A stretch of DNA of 32,928 bases, taken from NCBI GenBank assembly GCA_964562085.1, contig CAZLRS010000001.1:1-32928 (forward strand). Direction: 5' to 3'. The translations under genes and the position numbers were made by a program. The stretch is from an uncultured Gammaproteobacteria bacterium. Its GTDB lineage: Bacteria; Patescibacteriota; Patescibacteriia; 2-01-FULL-39-33. The notes under the pieces are model-generated. The model was not told the DNA's origin. It made no database searches and saw only the letters and a program-made list of their open reading frames with translations. Positions 32,054-32,928 of this stretch are shown here, piece by piece. The number at the start of each line of letters is the position of its first letter. The stretch's first letter is position 1.

Positions 32054-32730
32054 TTAATGAATAAATAAATTATTTAAAATTATATCAATTAATGGCCGGC
32101 GACTATACGCCGTTTCGTCAAGGGCAAAATATAGTTTTTGAACTGGCAAAACGGAGCATTGACTCGGCGTCATATTAAAAGTAGCTTTTGATATTTCAGC
32201 AGTTAAAATAGCAAATTCAATATCTTCTTTTACGCCTCTTTTTTGCCACTCATCGGTTAATTCCTCTCTGACAGCGATGCCACGCATACGCTTTTCAATC
32301 CAAGCTTCTGAATAGACCTTGAGTTTATATAAAACCTTGGTTCTTTTGGTTGCTAATTCCGGATCTTCGATTTTTTGAATTCTCTCAAAACCAACCTTAG
32401 CCAGCCAACGTTTCAAGGGCTCGGCCTTGGGTGAGGGAATCGATTGTATGATTCTAAACATGGTTTCCGTATCGGCACAGTCAGTTTCGCGCATTTTGCC
32501 GTCGGGGGCAGGCATTTTCAACCGTCCGATTTTTTCAGACACTTCAATATAACCTTCATTTGCGAGTTTTTTTTGAGATCATTCCAATATTTTCTCGGTC
32601 TTTCTGTTCTCGTTAAAACCTCAATCATGTCAATAACCGAAAACCACCGTTCTTTCTGATAAATGGTTTTTCTAATGGATTTGCCCTTGAAAATGGCGAT
32701 ATGATTGCTTGGATTTTGGTTATTTTCCAT
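32054..32730 (-). pseudogene. BRO-N / DNA-damage-inducible protein D (DinD)-like gene, disrupted by a frameshift in an A8 run and with an aberrant C-terminus
   Basis: Two overlapping ORFs (32518-32730 and 32054-32542) together give the family pattern: IAIFKGKSIRKTIYQKERWFSVIDMIEVLT..RPRKYWNDLKK / LANEGYIEVSEKIGRLKMPAPDGKMRETDCADTETMFRIIQSIPSPKAEPLKRWLAKVGFERIQ. The frame change lies in T8 (plus strand 32567-32574). Confidence 0.75.
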
Positions 32731-32783
32731 TTTATTATTACAATAAAGGCCCCAAGCATGAGACCTTTATATTATAGCATATT

Positions 32784-32927
32784 TTATTTTCGATTTGTTC
32801 TCTTATAGATTATGTTAATAATCCAGCAAACTATAGCTAAAACACCAGCCCAAACAAATCCAATGAACGGCATATCATCTTCATAAAAAATGCCCCAAAT
32901 ACCAAGAAGTATAAAAAACCCTACCGC
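32784..32927 (-). CDS. 3' end of a small membrane protein gene running off the window (5'-partial)
   Basis: Open minus-strand frame from the window edge to TAA (32786-32784). It encodes AVGFFILLGIWGIFYEDDMPFIGFVWAGVLAIVCWIINIIYKRTNRK, two hydrophobic helices. Confidence 0.4.
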   Translation of the reverse strand, partial: AVGFFILLGIWGIFYEDDMPFIGFVWAGVLAIVCWIINIIYKRTNRK

Positions 32928-32928
32928 C

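Overview
This looks like a streamlined, AT-leaning bacterial chromosome segment with standard genetic code (TGA acts as stop). Genes are short and tightly packed, there are many small membrane-anchored orphans, and Shine-Dalgarno sequences are almost absent. That style suggests a Patescibacteria/CPR-like organism, but this is inference only.

Bases 1-27,200 are core housekeeping. They carry an HExxH protein (5'-partial), a sugar transferase, tRNA-Pro(CGG), a class IV aminotransferase, uppS, rarA, a NUDIX gene, queH, a membrane-protein operon ending in an HtrA-like protein that lacks catalytic motifs, and dnaE. These are followed by a membrane-tethered Clp D1-only ATPase cluster and miaB/pgeF/miaA. 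On the minus strand are gatB, tmk, a P-loop kinase, dCMP deaminase, rplA, rplK, nusG, secE and an AlkD-like gene.

Bases 27,200-32,928 are a mosaic accessory patch. It holds NUDIX, hicA, hicB and a second NUDIX, then a GC-richer orphan cassette with its own promoter and strong SD, flanked by 19-nt direct repeats. After that come an AT-rich orphan HExxH protein, a GtrA-like/zinc-ribbon membrane protein, a Q/N-rich secreted protein, and decayed BRO-N/DinD-like and NUDIX fragments that are each present twice.

I did not recognise any rRNA, CRISPR array, integrase or transposase.

The observations most worth a second look are:
- The tRNA-Pro gene is bracketed by orphan copies of its own 5' and 3' ends.
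- The orphan cassette and the duplicated gene fragments in the accessory patch.
- hicB-hicA-NUDIX are collinear on one strand.
- The Clp D1-only ATPase carries a transmembrane anchor.
- A NUDIX C-terminus is recoverable only through a -1 shift at a G_GGA_AAT heptamer.
- An AT-rich ~90-nt intergenic repeat occurs in at least two copies.

All functional calls come from motif recognition by eye. No database search was run.
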